The notes under the pieces were generated by a model. It did no database searches, was not told where the DNA came from, and saw only the letters and a list, made by a program, of their open reading frames with translations. Below, one piece after another: positions 20,161 through 33,623 of a stretch of DNA of 64,000 nt. Each line of letters starts with the position of its first letter. Within the stretch, counting starts at the first letter, position 1. Source of the stretch: Eledone cirrhosa (taxonomy: Eukaryota); assembly GCA_964016885.1 (NCBI GenBank), contig OZ024740.1:165788001-165852000 (forward strand), in the 5' to 3' direction. Made by a program: the position numbers and the translations under genes.

Positions 20161-20579
20161 ATTGTTTCCATAATATAAGAAGTTAGGGCAGTGAAATTAA
20201 AATACTGATCATTCTGATCACATTGAGTTCTTCATGTAGATTGGGCCCCGCAACCGACAGTGGTGAATTCTGTGTGCGCATATATATATAGATATATGTG
20301 TGTGCACGTGCAGGGTTTAACATGGATGTGTTGGTCACACAAAGGCATGGTCTGTCAACGAATAAACCTGATTCTACAGAATTGGTCTCTGGCCATTGCT
20401 AAATTTGACCTTTATAAAATAACCCACACCCCCAAATAACTTCCATTCACTACCAGAAGCAGTCAACGAGCTGCTACCAAGATGAAAACTACTATGAAAT
20501 CCCACAATGAATTTTATACTTGAATTTTCAAATCTCAAATTTTAACCCTTCTTATTATTAATTTCTCTTAATATTAATC

Positions 20580-20627
20580 AACATTTGAAAAGATGGCTTT
20601 TGCAGACCCATCGAAACCGGTCATTTT
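20580..20627 (+). ncRNA. Minimal type I hammerhead ribozyme motif (U3-A8 variant)
   Basis: TTGAAAA 20585-20591; stem II GATGG/CCATC; GAAAC 20613-20617; palindromic ACCGGT stem III; GTC triplet 20620-20622; stem I AACAT/ATTTT with one mismatch. Confidence 0.62.
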
Positions 20628-20726
20628 TTATACCCTTTATTATTTCCTTACCTTATAAAATTATATGTTTTTTCACAAAAAAGTATTCTGTCTCTTATAT
20701 ATTCCATGTGCCATTACCAACCTCAA

Positions 20727-20816
<90 letters not shown>

Positions 20817-21984
20817 AGGGGTATGTATATAAATATACGTATTTATTGTCTGCATATATACATATGTGTGATTATGCGCGCGCGTAAGAAAGAGGTAGAA
20901 AGAGACAGAGAAAATATAAAATGGGAGATAGAGACAGGGAAAGAAGGAAAATAAATAATCACCAAGGAAGGAGATGAACGAAACCCACTATAGATTAGTA
21001 ATTAGATACAAGAAAGAACAAATAATAGTAAAAAAGCAAGGCCCTTTGATCAACAGAGGAATCTGAACGTATGAAATTAGCATTGTCTGCACCACATCAT
21101 GATATAGGATGGAGACAATGATGATGGTGTGGTAATCTTATAGATGATGTAAAGTATCTCAAAGCTAACAAATCTGTCGTGTCGCGTAAATGAAACAAAT
21201 ATGAGAGAAGTAGGAGCAAAATCAACAAATGTAATAAAACAAACAAAGGAGCAGCCTATGCGCGGTCACACAATCTATTAGAAATAGCAGCTAATTCATA
21301 TTACTATTTCAAATTATCATTTTTATCTTATCTTTTGAATTATGCCGTTTTGTTACAAAGAGTAACATAGCGGATGATGAAAACTGCTTGGCAAAACGAC
21401 AGGATAGTCCCAACTTGAAGCCCTTGTAGGAATGAAAGAACAACAACAATAAATAATTCAATATATATATATATATATATAATATTTGTATAATGTTTGT
21501 CTTTGTTTATGCAATATATGTGTAAAACTGGCATCATTCTTGCTGAAATATCTGGTAAACTTACGCATAACATTTATTGCGATTGTGAAATACATTATAC
21601 CTTATGTGATTTTCTTAATCATTTTTTAATGTGCTAACACTACCGCTATTTCTACGTCGAGTATACTTCATATTACTCATATTCGCTTAAGGAAAGGATT
21701 ATGTCGTACTGGAAAACTCCGCAAACATAACCTACATTGTAAATTCTTAATTCATGAATAATTTACACTTTTAATTAGTAATAAAAATTACTTCTTCTCT
21801 TCTCATTCCGTGTTACCGATTTCTGGTGTTACTCTATTTAGACATAGAGTCGGGATGACGTAGAAAGAGAGGGCCACTTAAAAAGCTGAGAATTTGATAG
21901 GTTTCTCAGTGAAATTAAAATGTCTTCAAACTGGAACCGGAACTGGGTCACATAATTAGATTAGACCACATCTCTCTAGGAGTT

Positions 21985-22088
<104 letters not shown>

Positions 22089-22679
22089 CTTTAGATGTTC
22101 GGATAATTAAAACTCAAAATACATCCGTATTTATAGATGCTTATGTATGTATGAATAAATCAAGGAAATAGAGAAGAGAAATATTTGGGTTCCTCTCTCA
22201 ATAAGCACCTCTTGTCTTTCTGTGGTACTTGATGTATGATAATTTAGAAAAATCCAAAATGGTGGGGGTGGGGTGGGGGAAATAAGAGAGTAACGTTAGG
22301 AGAAATGTTGGGTTTAAGCAAAAGCAGAAAAATATGAAGAAATATTCGTCCCAAAAAACTTGGTAAAGGGGAAAAAAGGAAACGATCACAATGACTAGGA
22401 ATAGTAATAAAAATAGCTAATAATATTAAAAGCGGTTATTTGTCTTTTGACAATATGATGTATGGAAGAAGACCAAGCAAAAAGAATGCAGTTATTTGAC
22501 AAGCTAGAAATAGCAGCAAAATTTCTTCCGAGCGGAAATAGTTATTTCTATTTCGAAAATGTGTTCAGAGTATTTCAGGATAAAGAAGTAGAGAGTGAAA
22601 AAAAGAGTGGAGAGAAAGAAACGTGAAAGAGAATTATATATAAATAGATGTACTCACACACACACACACGTGTGTGTAT

Positions 22680-22683
22680 GTAT

Positions 22684-22731
<48 letters not shown>

Positions 22732-22732
22732 T

Positions 22733-22783
<51 letters not shown>

Positions 22784-22975
22784 TACATATATCAATATAT
22801 ATCAATATATATATAATATATATATATAATATATTTATATACATATATCAATATATATATATATATATATACATATATCAATATATATCAATATATATAT
22901 AATATATATATAATATATATATTATATATTTATATATATATATAATATATATATTATATATTTATATACATATAT

Positions 22976-23012
<37 letters not shown>

Positions 23013-23060
23013 TCAATATATATATATATATATTTATATTTATATTAATAAATATATATA
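22680..23060. repeat. (TA)n-derived minisatellite with recurring ACATATATCAATAT units
   Basis: Read directly; the unit recurs several times within (TA)n. Confidence 0.85.
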
Positions 23061-26000
23061 GAGAGAGAGAATTACAGACACACATATATGCACACATACA
23101 CGACACGGAGTGAATGAGACATAAAATGAATACAGAAATGAAACCTCAAGAGTGATTCTAGGAGAATAAGCATGATGACAGGAAAATATGAAAATATTTT
23201 ATAAGGATTACAGATACGGAGAGGGAAAATAGGCGGGGAGGCAAAGAAAAATAGATAGTTAGAGCCAGAGAGAGAAAGGAAGAGGGAAACAAGAAAAGAG
23301 AAAGGCTGAATTAAAGAGTAATGACAAAATGATAGCAGAGATAACTGTTTACTTCAAAGATATTTTTTTCCAAGAACGAAAACTATTTTGCTATGAATAA
23401 ATATGAAACAGAAATTTTTTTATTATAAATCAAAGTGAATGAAACGAAAATTATATTTATGCAACAATAACAACAGCATCAGAAGCAACTATAACGAAAA
23501 CAACAATGAAAAATATAGAAATATTTGACCGGACTTGTATTAAGTTTTAAAGGCTTTGCTATTTGAACAAGGGAAAAAAATGAAATAACAGAATTGTTGA
23601 TTAAAGATGATAACAATGAATGAGTAATACAGCATATAATGGAACAATTGTGGGGAGAAAATAGTGAAAAAGAAATTATGTTCAAGAAAGCTTAAAAACC
23701 GTAGAAGATAATGGCGGAAAAGAAAAAAAACAAAACATAAAAACGAGGAAATTGAAAATCAGAGGTAATATTCAATAGTCTAAAAAGTTGTTTATAGAAA
23801 GATGTTTAAATGGACTGTATTGTCGAACATATTTCTTTCACTCTCTTCATCGTCGTTACCATTAATGTAACAGTAGTTGTAGTCACTGTAAAATTCTCAT
23901 TCCTATAGAAATCATACCCTCTTCAATTGTTGTATTAAGAGGCTAAAGTGGGCCCTACAAACGCTTCATTATATCCCCGACACTTACATTTCTTTTTCTG
24001 TATTGTTTATTTTGTTGATTATTTGTTTTATTATTTATTTTTGCTGTTGATGTTGTCCTAACGACCATCTGTCAGTCAACTCCCACCAGTCCTCTTCAAT
24101 CATTGGGATGATGACTCAACTATTCGTTCGTCTCTTAACTATGAAATTCAAACACTCGTTTGTCCGGTCACTGACTTCGAGAGATTCCCTTTTTTTTAGT
24201 TTTTGTGCTTTTTAGCAGGAAGGGAGATTGTTTTTTCTTTGCTTTTTTTTTATTTTTGCTTTCTTTATGATGATCCTTGATGTTGCTTGCTTACACTCAA
24301 TAACAGCTTCACTCCATATACCACAACCAATAGCCAATTGTACACTCCTTCATCCCACTTCGATTTATCTTGCAATCAAGACACGTTCTTTTTTGTTGAA
24401 AACAAGGAATTCACTTATGACCTATTCATCAGATGGCTTTTGTTAAAATAGTAACATTCAGAGTATTTCAGTCGGAATATGAAATCTTCCTTTCATGACA
24501 TCAACAGAATTTCTTTGTTTCCTCAAAACATTACAGAATATTTTATTCCATATCTATTGTTTTCTTTCATTCTCTCTCTCCCCCTCCCTCTATCTCCCCC
24601 CCCTCTCTCTCTCCGTATATATATATATATATTTTACCAATTTCTTGACATTTGTTTCGATGTCGTTCTCTCTAGTTCGGTCAATGTTGAAGTGCTGAAG
24701 TGGTGCCTGGTTTATTATCTTAAAATTGTAGGCAGGGAGAAAAAGCAATCTAAGTAATACTCAAATAAAGAAATCATCCCCCAAAACAACATTTGAAAAG
24801 TACCACATGGGTTTTTCCACAAATTATGCTGAGCGCATTCATTTTCTGTATGGATGGTATGTTTTTTTTCATTTCCAATCACAATATAATACTGCGTTTT
24901 GATAATTTGGATATATTCACTGCCTGCACCCTTTTCACATCACATTCTGTCTTAGAATATTTGCCCGTGACTCAGTCACATAAGAATTATATTTTTCTTC
25001 CGTCAAAGTCCAAGTAACAATAATAGCTCTTTAAATACAATACAGCGTGAGTCACACTAGTAAATCTTCCTTCACAACGCACACATTTCGTTGTTTTGAC
25101 GCAGTAGAACGAGGCTATAGTTTTAGGAACAAAAAGTGGGAGTTTGCGACATTTATGTCTTTCCAAATATAAATTGTGGTTGAGTAAATTGATGCACATT
25201 GAGAATCGAATCTGTGAATTTTGTTTGCCAGGAGCATCATTGCACTAACTACTACTAACCCCCCTTGCCCGATGTCCTCTGATATGATCTAAAATATTCC
25301 TTTTATTCAGCAAATATAAAGAGCAATAATTGATATTCCATATATAAAAAATCATTCTTAAGGTGCACCCTATCAATTCTGCCGTCAGAATTGCAATGGG
25401 TCAGTGACTTGATCATCGGAAACCTTTAGTCAAGGAGGTTATTGCTCCCTAATAATATATACAATAAATAGGTCTATCCACTGTTGAAAAAATATGTATG
25501 ATAACTAGTTATTGAAAATTACTGTTTATGCATACCACTCATTCTCTGATTTTACAGATATAGTAGCGTATAGTAACAACTATGGTTTAACAAAGTTTGT
25601 TTCGATAGATAAGCCCTTTTCAGTTTGCCCGAGCAGGCCTTTAGCATTGAGGTCGTGGATCGATCAAAGTAGACTATCGATCTTTCTAGCAATAACCATA
25701 TTCTGAGTCATATTGTATGGTCGTATTTAAAATGCACGTTCTCTATTCTAAATGGGGTGGGAGATTTTTAAGAGAGTTTCGCTGCTACATTGAACTACTC
25801 GAACGGCTAGATAAAAAAACAAACAATATCTTACTCATTGGGTCACGTAAATATTGTTTTATAGTCTGGTGTGTATAACTGAGATAATTTCATAAACAGG
25901 TATTTAAATTTAATAAATAAATAGCTGGCTCTCAATCAAAGGGTGAAACAGATAGGAGCCTAATACAGTTAGATAAGGTAGGAATGTTACTTTTACTATA

Positions 26001-26369
26001 TAGTATACCACGAGCGGAATAGAAAAGTTTGTAATGGCTGGGGGGTTTATGACAGACGGACAAATTGGAAGGTTGGAACATTGTATGCACATTTTGCGAC
26101 TATACAAAACACTATTGTTGAGCTTTGTTTGCTATTACTCATTCTTTCATCGATCTTTTAGAGTCCTTTTCTATCCGTTACTCATTCTCTCTCATCGATA
26201 TTTTGCCATTCATTGTTTTTCTCTTTTCATAAAGCTTTTTGTTTTCGATCGCTTAGTCAGGAGGAACGGCAGTGAACATGAAGATATTCAACGGTTCAAA
26301 TACTGGTGGGAGAGGTGAAAATGTGTCCTAAAACCAGGGACCTGGGTTGAATTGTTGCAACAGTCTAAA

Positions 26370-26680
26370 CTCCGTAAAAGGCATCTAGGGGTTGGGTGGA
26401 TGTGTTAATTAAAATGGGCAATAGATTACTTCGGTCACCCAAATAAGTTACAGTCAGATTTATACTCAGAATGCAAAAGGCCGAAAAAAATATACCTAGG
26501 TATCCTGTTCGATAACACAAAATTTCACCAGTCGACCAACCAAGATAAGATAGGTACCTTACTTTTCGACTTCAGAAGGATGAATGACAAAGTTTATTTC
26601 GTTGTCTTTTGAACTTAGGACGCAAGTTGCCGAAATAAACATTGCGATGCATTTTCTATGGTTCACTAACACTTCTCATT
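26370..26680 (-). mobile_element. Degenerate tRNA-SINE fragments (family B), probably two
   Basis: TTTATACTCAGAATGCAAAAGG and GGTACCTTACTTTTCGACTTCAGAAGGATGAATGACAAAGTT resemble the 46666 and 58188 copies. Confidence 0.45.
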
Positions 26681-29600
26681 CAATTCATCTACTATAATAC
26701 TACTTTCTTCAACTAATTTCAGTTTTAGTTTGCTTTTGTGTTCTGTTGTAGATATAAATATTTCTTTCTCTCGCACCCTCTTTCTTCGTTTCCCTTACTT
26801 TGTTCATTTCCCTCATCTTAATTTTACTTGAGAATGGTTTTTATTCTTCTCAAAATACTGCACTATTCAGTCTCCATCATTTCCCTATCTCTCTTCATTC
26901 CCTCATTGAACCTTTTGTGTCAGTAATTAACCCCCTATTTCACTACTATAGCTCCAGAGCTTTTTCTGAAAAGTTTCAAAATCATATGAAATGATTTGAA
27001 ACATCTCAGTTACTTAATAACTCTGGAAGAAACTTCCAACTCCGTTACTGTAAGCAGTCTGCTTAAACATTGTTAACGAGAAACGAATTTCCTCAAAATG
27101 AACAAAGAAATGGCGGTATAAATTAAAATAATGGTTTATGTAATCAATAATCATTAGGGAAAATTAATCAAACTAAACAAGTTACTTGAATAACTTTAAG
27201 AAGAATGGAAAATTATCTTGGACAATGGCAGTTCTATTCCACAAATGTATGTATATAGGTGATGTCATGGAAGAAAGAAAGAAAGAGAGAGAGATATATA
27301 TTGTGTTACGCAATGATTATATAATTATGTGTGTGTGTTTTGTTCCTTTACTATGAGTTAGCAAGTTCGACGCCCGAAACTTTCAGGAGGACATTTCCCT
27401 TAATTAATTTCTTACATATTCTTGCTGCCTTTCCATAAACGTCAACTAATCATTTGTCCTCTTGTCTATCTGTATGCATGTATGTCACTCTGTCATGAAT
27501 CCAATAGCTATATGAAGTGAAACTCTTAGCTTCTTAAAGTAAATCACTGGAAAGAAATCCGGAGGTATGAAAGTGACGATTGTTTTACTCTTTTATAATG
27601 TATTCCTCTGTCTCACTGAATACTATGAAATCTTAAATGCCTATTCACAGACTTGAACAAACAGAAGTAAGACACGTATGTATATGATGACTCCCTCTCA
27701 TTGGATAGCGGATACTTTGACATGCATAGGTTGAGAGTATGGGCTTAATGGGTGTCACTCTAGATGTGATGCATTTTTTCGTTGTCCATTATATTTCTGA
27801 AATTTTACAAGTTCTCTGTAGTGGCCATGGTAAGAATAGGTAAGGTCAGAATTCAATAGGTGATATCCCCTGTTAATATCTCCTATATTATCCATCCTTA
27901 GACAACGAAAGTGCCTCTTTATGATCGCCCCAAGCCTTTAAATGGTCAGTCAATCCTCCAAGATTCAACACCTCTATAATCCTTATAGTGCTCCGCATCA
28001 TCTCAAAAAGGAATAAATAAATATATTGAACCTGTACTTATCGATAGTTTTTAGAAATGCTGAAAGCCATATAATGTTCCATTGTTTTTGAAAAATAATC
28101 TTTTCAAATTCAATACACCATCGAATAGCGAGGAATTTTCTTTGACTGACACTAGTTTTAAAGCCTGTCTATTTCTTTAGCAGTCTCATTTGTGTCCCAC
28201 AGTCACATTTAACCTACTTAGCCGCTTGTAAAGTAAGATTTCTTCTTTCGTTTTGTTGCTACCTACATTGTTAGGCTTTATTTTTGTATTTCCCATTTAT
28301 TACTATTTTTTTCCATATTTTATTTGTTGAATCCCCAGTATCTCTGTCATTATCTCTATGTGTCTATGTGTAGTATCTTCTTTTCCCTTTCATCTACCTT
28401 GTTCAAGCTCAATATTTAACACTAATATAATAAGTTGTGACTCATACGCTATCATATTTAGTTCGTTTGATTGGTCGTCTACTTGTCTGTCCACCTGGAA
28501 TTCTTTTTACATCTTAGGATAAGCTTTGCATTAACCTGCCACAAGTTATTAGATTAACTTACCCTCACATAATTTCTCTATTTCTTGTCTTCCATTCACT
28601 TCACATATGTACATGCACGCGCGCACAAACATGAACACACATGCATATTGCTCCTATTCTGTCATTGAATTTCTATTAAGAATTGCCAAAATTGGTTACC
28701 TGACTTCATACAGCCATCTTAAGGTCAGAATATCCACCATAATTACCATACGTTTTATAATTCATCCGTTAGTTAGTTTTCTCTAGACACTTTACATTTC
28801 TGTATTTCATTTCCAGAATGCCTTATTTGATTAGCCTATTTTATTAACTTCCCGAATATGTATTTCCCATTTGCTTTAATTATATACTCATTTCTATGTT
28901 TATTCGCTCTTTCATTTCCACATCTTTTCTATTTTCTTCATCCTTCCTTTTACATATCCTTTTCCTGTGTATCTTTCTTTTTCTCCCTTTCCTCTTTTTT
29001 TCTCTGTGTGTCTCTCTCGCTCTCGCTTTATATACACACACTGTTTCTCCTTGGATCGCACTTCCGCTTTCCTGTCTCATTGGAGTCTGCTCGGAAGGTT
29101 TGAAGCGCTTTACGGAAAGCGATATTACCATGACGAGTATAGCTAACGTATATACAGGTTCGTGGCACTTGTCTGTGAGCTTGTAACGTAAAAAGCCAGA
29201 ACAAATATCACGAAGCATTTTGCCTCACAACTCTAACAATTCCGCCAATCCAGCCTAGAAGAATGTTAACCTTTGTGGTATTTGAAATTGGAATGCAAAG
29301 AGATAAAACAAATAATGCAAATATATTTTCTAATGCTTCAGCGAACACACAGTTATGACTATGTAATTGAACAAAAAATATTGCTTTACTGTCACGTTTT
29401 TCCGGGTTCGATTTCTATGTGTGGCACCCCGGGTCAACACTTTCTGCCATAGACTCAGGCACATCCAAGGAATCCAAATGTTTTTGAGTGATTATTTAAA
29501 ACCTAGTTTTCAAACTTTTCCTTTTGCTTTTAGCCGAGTTGCAAGCGTTCGAGTCACATCTACTGACTGATGATAACTTGATATCCCTATATGCTAGCTT

Positions 29601-29922
29601 CCTTCTGAAGTAATTCATGAGGCGCAGTTCTTTCTCTCCTTCCTCTCAGCAAGCCCACTGCCCCTGCAAAAACAAAACAAACAAATTCAGAAAAAAATAA
29701 AAGCAATGTGTGGTATTTTTCATTTTCAAACCAAGCATTAGAAAAGACATCTGTAATTCACACTCAAATGAGTTATTTTACGAATCTCTTCTTTATTTTT
29801 ATTAACTTCTTAAATAATCGTTTTACTATCTTCCCTTTTTAAATAATTCCTATATTTATGTATGATTTGCACATATATATACCTACTTGCATTTGTACGT
29901 TATTACTGAACCGAAATAACGC

Positions 29923-29969
<47 letters not shown>

Positions 29970-31145
29970 TGTATGTACGTTCTAATCCTCTTTAAACTTT
30001 GCGTTCGATTTGAATTCTAATATTTGCTGTTCCGAATTCCTCTCCTGTTTTTAATTAACTTCCCATCACCATAGTGTGGCAGTACCAACGTTAACACGAT
30101 AGACACCAGATTATTTATAACTGCGTCAACAGCAACACTTACAGCATGCATTTAACAACAGCAACGAACATTTAGTAATGATATGATGTTAAATTCACCA
30201 CCACACTTTTCACGCTCATCTTACATGCAAATATAGATCACCTCAGCTTAGGTTACTAAGAAATATATATAAAAAACATATCAAATTAATTACCATAAAG
30301 ATAGAGAAGGAAATATCCGATCCAACTAGCCGAGAAATCCACTTTTAATTACGCCTTTAATGAAATTTGGTCGGTTAATTTATATTTCAAGTATTAAAAA
30401 AAAGCTACTGAAATAATGAACGAAATATAATCAAACTGGAAATTATCATCGTCATCATCATTATTCAGTTGTTGTTATTCTTGTAATAGTAGTAGTAGTA
30501 GTAGTAAACCCTGCTGATTTCAAGGACACCACCCACTGCCGTTGTAATCAACATACCTAAAATCCTTCGTTCGTCCTGTTCCTGTGCAATGTCTCTTCCT
30601 TATGCCTTCTATTTCCCGTTTCTGTTCGTTGAATCTTCATTAAAGATCAATCAAGTATTCAAGCAACGTGAAGATTTGTGTTTCCAGCCTGTCAACGTTA
30701 CCATCCAACCAATGAAAATGTCCTTATTTTCTTTCTCTTTTCTTCTTCTTTATATCTTCATTTTTCATTTATTTTGTTTATTTATTTATATTTCATGTGA
30801 AAATCTTTCCCCATCACCAGTAATCTTATTACTATATTGGCAGCCATGACTAATTAAAATACAAGAAATCAAGCCTAGCAGACATAGTGGTTCGTAATCA
30901 GAATTATCACCCCCTAACATCCCTCCTCTCTTTTACTTTTCTCTTCTTTCTCTCCGATTCGTTTTATATATGCTGTCCCCTCTCTACCACTCTCACCCCC
31001 TCTCTCTCCCCCTCTCTACAACTCTCTCCCACCCTCTCTCTCTCTATATATATATATGTCTCCTTACCTTCTAACACCCGTTATCAAGTAACCACACAGC
31101 CCCTCCTCTCATCCATATTTAATATATATATATATATATAACCCT

Positions 31146-31574
31146 AACCCATACGTACATATGTGTGCATGTGTGTATATATATATACATACTACTGTAC
31201 GTTTGTATACATATATGTATGTATGTACACATACTGATATTTAAGTATCAGCCGTATTAAGAGTGAGAAATGAAATTTCGATTCATTCTTTTCCATTTAT
31301 CGTTTTCGGTACGCCCGGCTGCTCACTCGATATGCAAATTAGGCTGCTCAGCCGTTAATATGCATAAGGAAAGTAAATACTTTCAAATGTACAAACATCT
31401 GACAGGAAGGTATACAATCCTGACGATAGCTAATAAGCTTGAAACTAGTTCATCGTTCCTTTGTCAGTGTTGAACAAAAGGGCAACGATGGTTGCCGAAC
31501 ACTGTACGGCTTAATTCGGGATGTTTGTTTACAAACAAACCGAACATTATAATAAATGTTCGGTAAACCCATAC

Positions 31575-31614
<40 letters not shown>

Positions 31615-31662
31615 ACATGTATGTATATATATACATACTACTGTACGTCTGTATACATATAT
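31146..31662 (+). mobile_element. Non-coding pLTR-like module with a hammerhead-like motif and tandem hairpins, flanked by direct repeats
   Basis: Direct repeats at 31146-31216 and 31566-31662 (AACCCATACGTACAT...CATACTACTGTACGTyTGTATACATATAT); internal hammerhead-like motif at 31414-31456. Confidence 0.55.
31414..31456 (+). ncRNA. Degenerate minimal hammerhead ribozyme motif
   Basis: CTGACGA (31420-31426), tAGCT-aata-AGCTt, GAAAC, palindromic ACTAGT stem III, GTT triplet. Stem I has 4 of 6 pairs and the base pair opening stem II is a U-U mismatch. Confidence 0.5.
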
Positions 31663-31940
31663 TAAAGTGCAATTGGCTGAAAATTCCCCAGACATGTATC
31701 CCTTTAATGTAATTTTCCTGGAGATTCAGCGTGACTGTGTAACAAAACTGGATCATTTAATTAGAGGATCAGTCATCTCGAAGGGTTTCCAAACAGTTTC
31801 TGTCTGTTCAATTTTACCCACAAGAGTTGAGATGACTCGTGCGATATTGTGAAATACACATGTCCAAGACGTCTGGCAGTGGAATCGGACGAGAATCTTA
31901 TGATTGTAAAGAGAACTTCTTTGCCATTCGGCCATGTTCC
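31663..31940 (-). mobile_element. Degenerate SINE/interspersed repeat (family A)
   Basis: GGCTGAAAATTCCCCAGACATG...GAGATTCAGCGTGAC is the reverse-complement counterpart of 11760-11825; tRNA-like head at GCAGTGGAATCGG...TTCTTTGCCATTCGGCCATG. Confidence 0.6.
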
Positions 31941-33023
31941 ATCAACAAATAACATATCCAACACACACACACAAACACACACACACACACATACACACGC
32001 TCACGCACACGTTCACCTGCGCGAGCGCAAACACACACGCATATGTATATATATATGTGTGTGTGTGTGGTGTGTGTGCGTGCGTATGTGTACGCGCATT
32101 TCTCTCTATAGTTCTCACTATATAACTTAAACACTCTCATTCATCTGCTCGCTCCACAGGTTTCGAGTATATACACACATAATGTACACATTTAATAGAC
32201 ATACATTCGGATATCAATGCAATTCCACTTTTCTGATATTTATTTGAATTTAATAGCTGTTCTAACAATTATAAAGTCCATCATTTAACTGAATTTAGAA
32301 TTCTGAATAACATTTTTCTATTCCTCACATTATAAATGAGTTCTTATTCCAGAATTGATTTGTTGTGTGAAAGATATTAATTTCGTTGTCATTGTAATCT
32401 GTGCGAAGATATTAAACAGCAAATAGCTAAAGATTCATACAAATAGCTAAAAAAATAAAAATAAATAAAGAACGAAATATGCAATTTTTAAAAATATTTT
32501 GAAATACAATTACTTGATATAAAGAGAAAACAGGTAACAGAGAGCTACGAAGGAAGTTAAGATGTTATTAGCTTGATAACAATTTCTTTTTAAACTATGA
32601 TGGAATGAACTATAGTATTTTCACTGATCTATGAAGCAATAGAAAGCTTAATCAGGAATAGTTCACAGGAAGAAGCTTAATATTAGTTGAGGGGTGTTAA
32701 AATAGAACTTTTCCTGGTCATAACACATTGACATGATGCTACAATAAAAAAAAAAAAAAAATGCTATTAAATGAAAGGTGAATCGCATCTGAGAAAACCA
32801 TTTTTTCTTTCTATTACAATGTTCCATAAAATGTTTTTTTTAATAGAAAATAGGTTTAATTTTGTTACTTTATTGGTTTTTAATTAGATTTCAAGCATAT
32901 CGACTCCACTTCTAATATTGTTCAAGTGTCGCATTTACTTTATTGATCATTTATTGTCGAATCACTATGTCACAGGACACACAGTGTTTGTGTCCATCGT
33001 GGCATTTTCTCTTTCGGACGGGA

Positions 33024-33200
33024 GGGTAGAGGGTCGGATGCCATGCTTTTCAGCATAGAGTTACGGGCCTTTATGATCTGAGTTCAAATCCCGCTGAGGT
33101 TTCATCCTTACAGGGTCGATAAAATAAAGTACCAGTCACGCACTGGGGTCGATTTAATCGACTTTCCCCTCCTCCAAAATTGCTGGCCTTATGCCTATAT
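33024..33200 (+). mobile_element. tRNA-derived SINE (family B)
   Basis: B-box GAGTTCAAATCCC, then GGGTCGATAAAATAAAGTACCAGT and CTGGGGTCGATTTAATCGAC; closely similar to 63750-64000. Confidence 0.8.
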
Positions 33201-33580
33201 AAGAAACCAACATACTCAAATGGTTTTGGTCTTGAGCACGTTACCTCAAAGCAAATAATCAATTATACTCTTTAATAAAATTATTAGGTCTTGTGCCTCG
33301 TATATAAGAAATCAATATTAGAAAACTAGTACATTCACAAACACGCCACAGACTCTATACAAAAGTCACCGATTTACAAAGTTATGACAGCTGCCCTTGC
33401 AAACTAATAGGCAACAACTAAAGGAAATGGACCATTAACGAAACATGCCTAATTACAGTCATTGCAATTCCATATGATCAAGGAAGCGAAGTGAGAAACT
33501 TTTCTTAAGTAACATCACCTCAGCGCTCTATCTTACATTTTTGTTCCTGCTGCTTCTCTCACTCTCTCTATCTATATCTC

Positions 33581-33623
<43 letters not shown>

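Larger units (their letters stand above)
19055..20734. mobile_element. Inverted pair of ~350-bp pLTR-like modules (probably derived from a Penelope-like element) around a ~1 kb spacer that is mostly microsatellite
   Basis: Arms 19055-19402 and 20388-20734 are reverse complements with few differences; each carries a minimal hammerhead motif. No RT ORF is present. Confidence 0.75.

Noticed and set aside
19339-20186. HT/CV-repeat ORFs here and at 44.7, 47.7, 49.8-50.4, 54.6, 60.4 and 62.2-62.8 kb
   Set aside because: (CA)n/(TG)n translation artefacts.
22720-23020. Regularly recurring units resembling a CRISPR-like array
   Set aside because: The spacers are just (TA)n of varying length; eukaryotic context and no cas genes.
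27640-28260. Possible very old RT relic on the minus strand
   Set aside because: Only faint motif resemblance with many stops; cannot be supported without a search.
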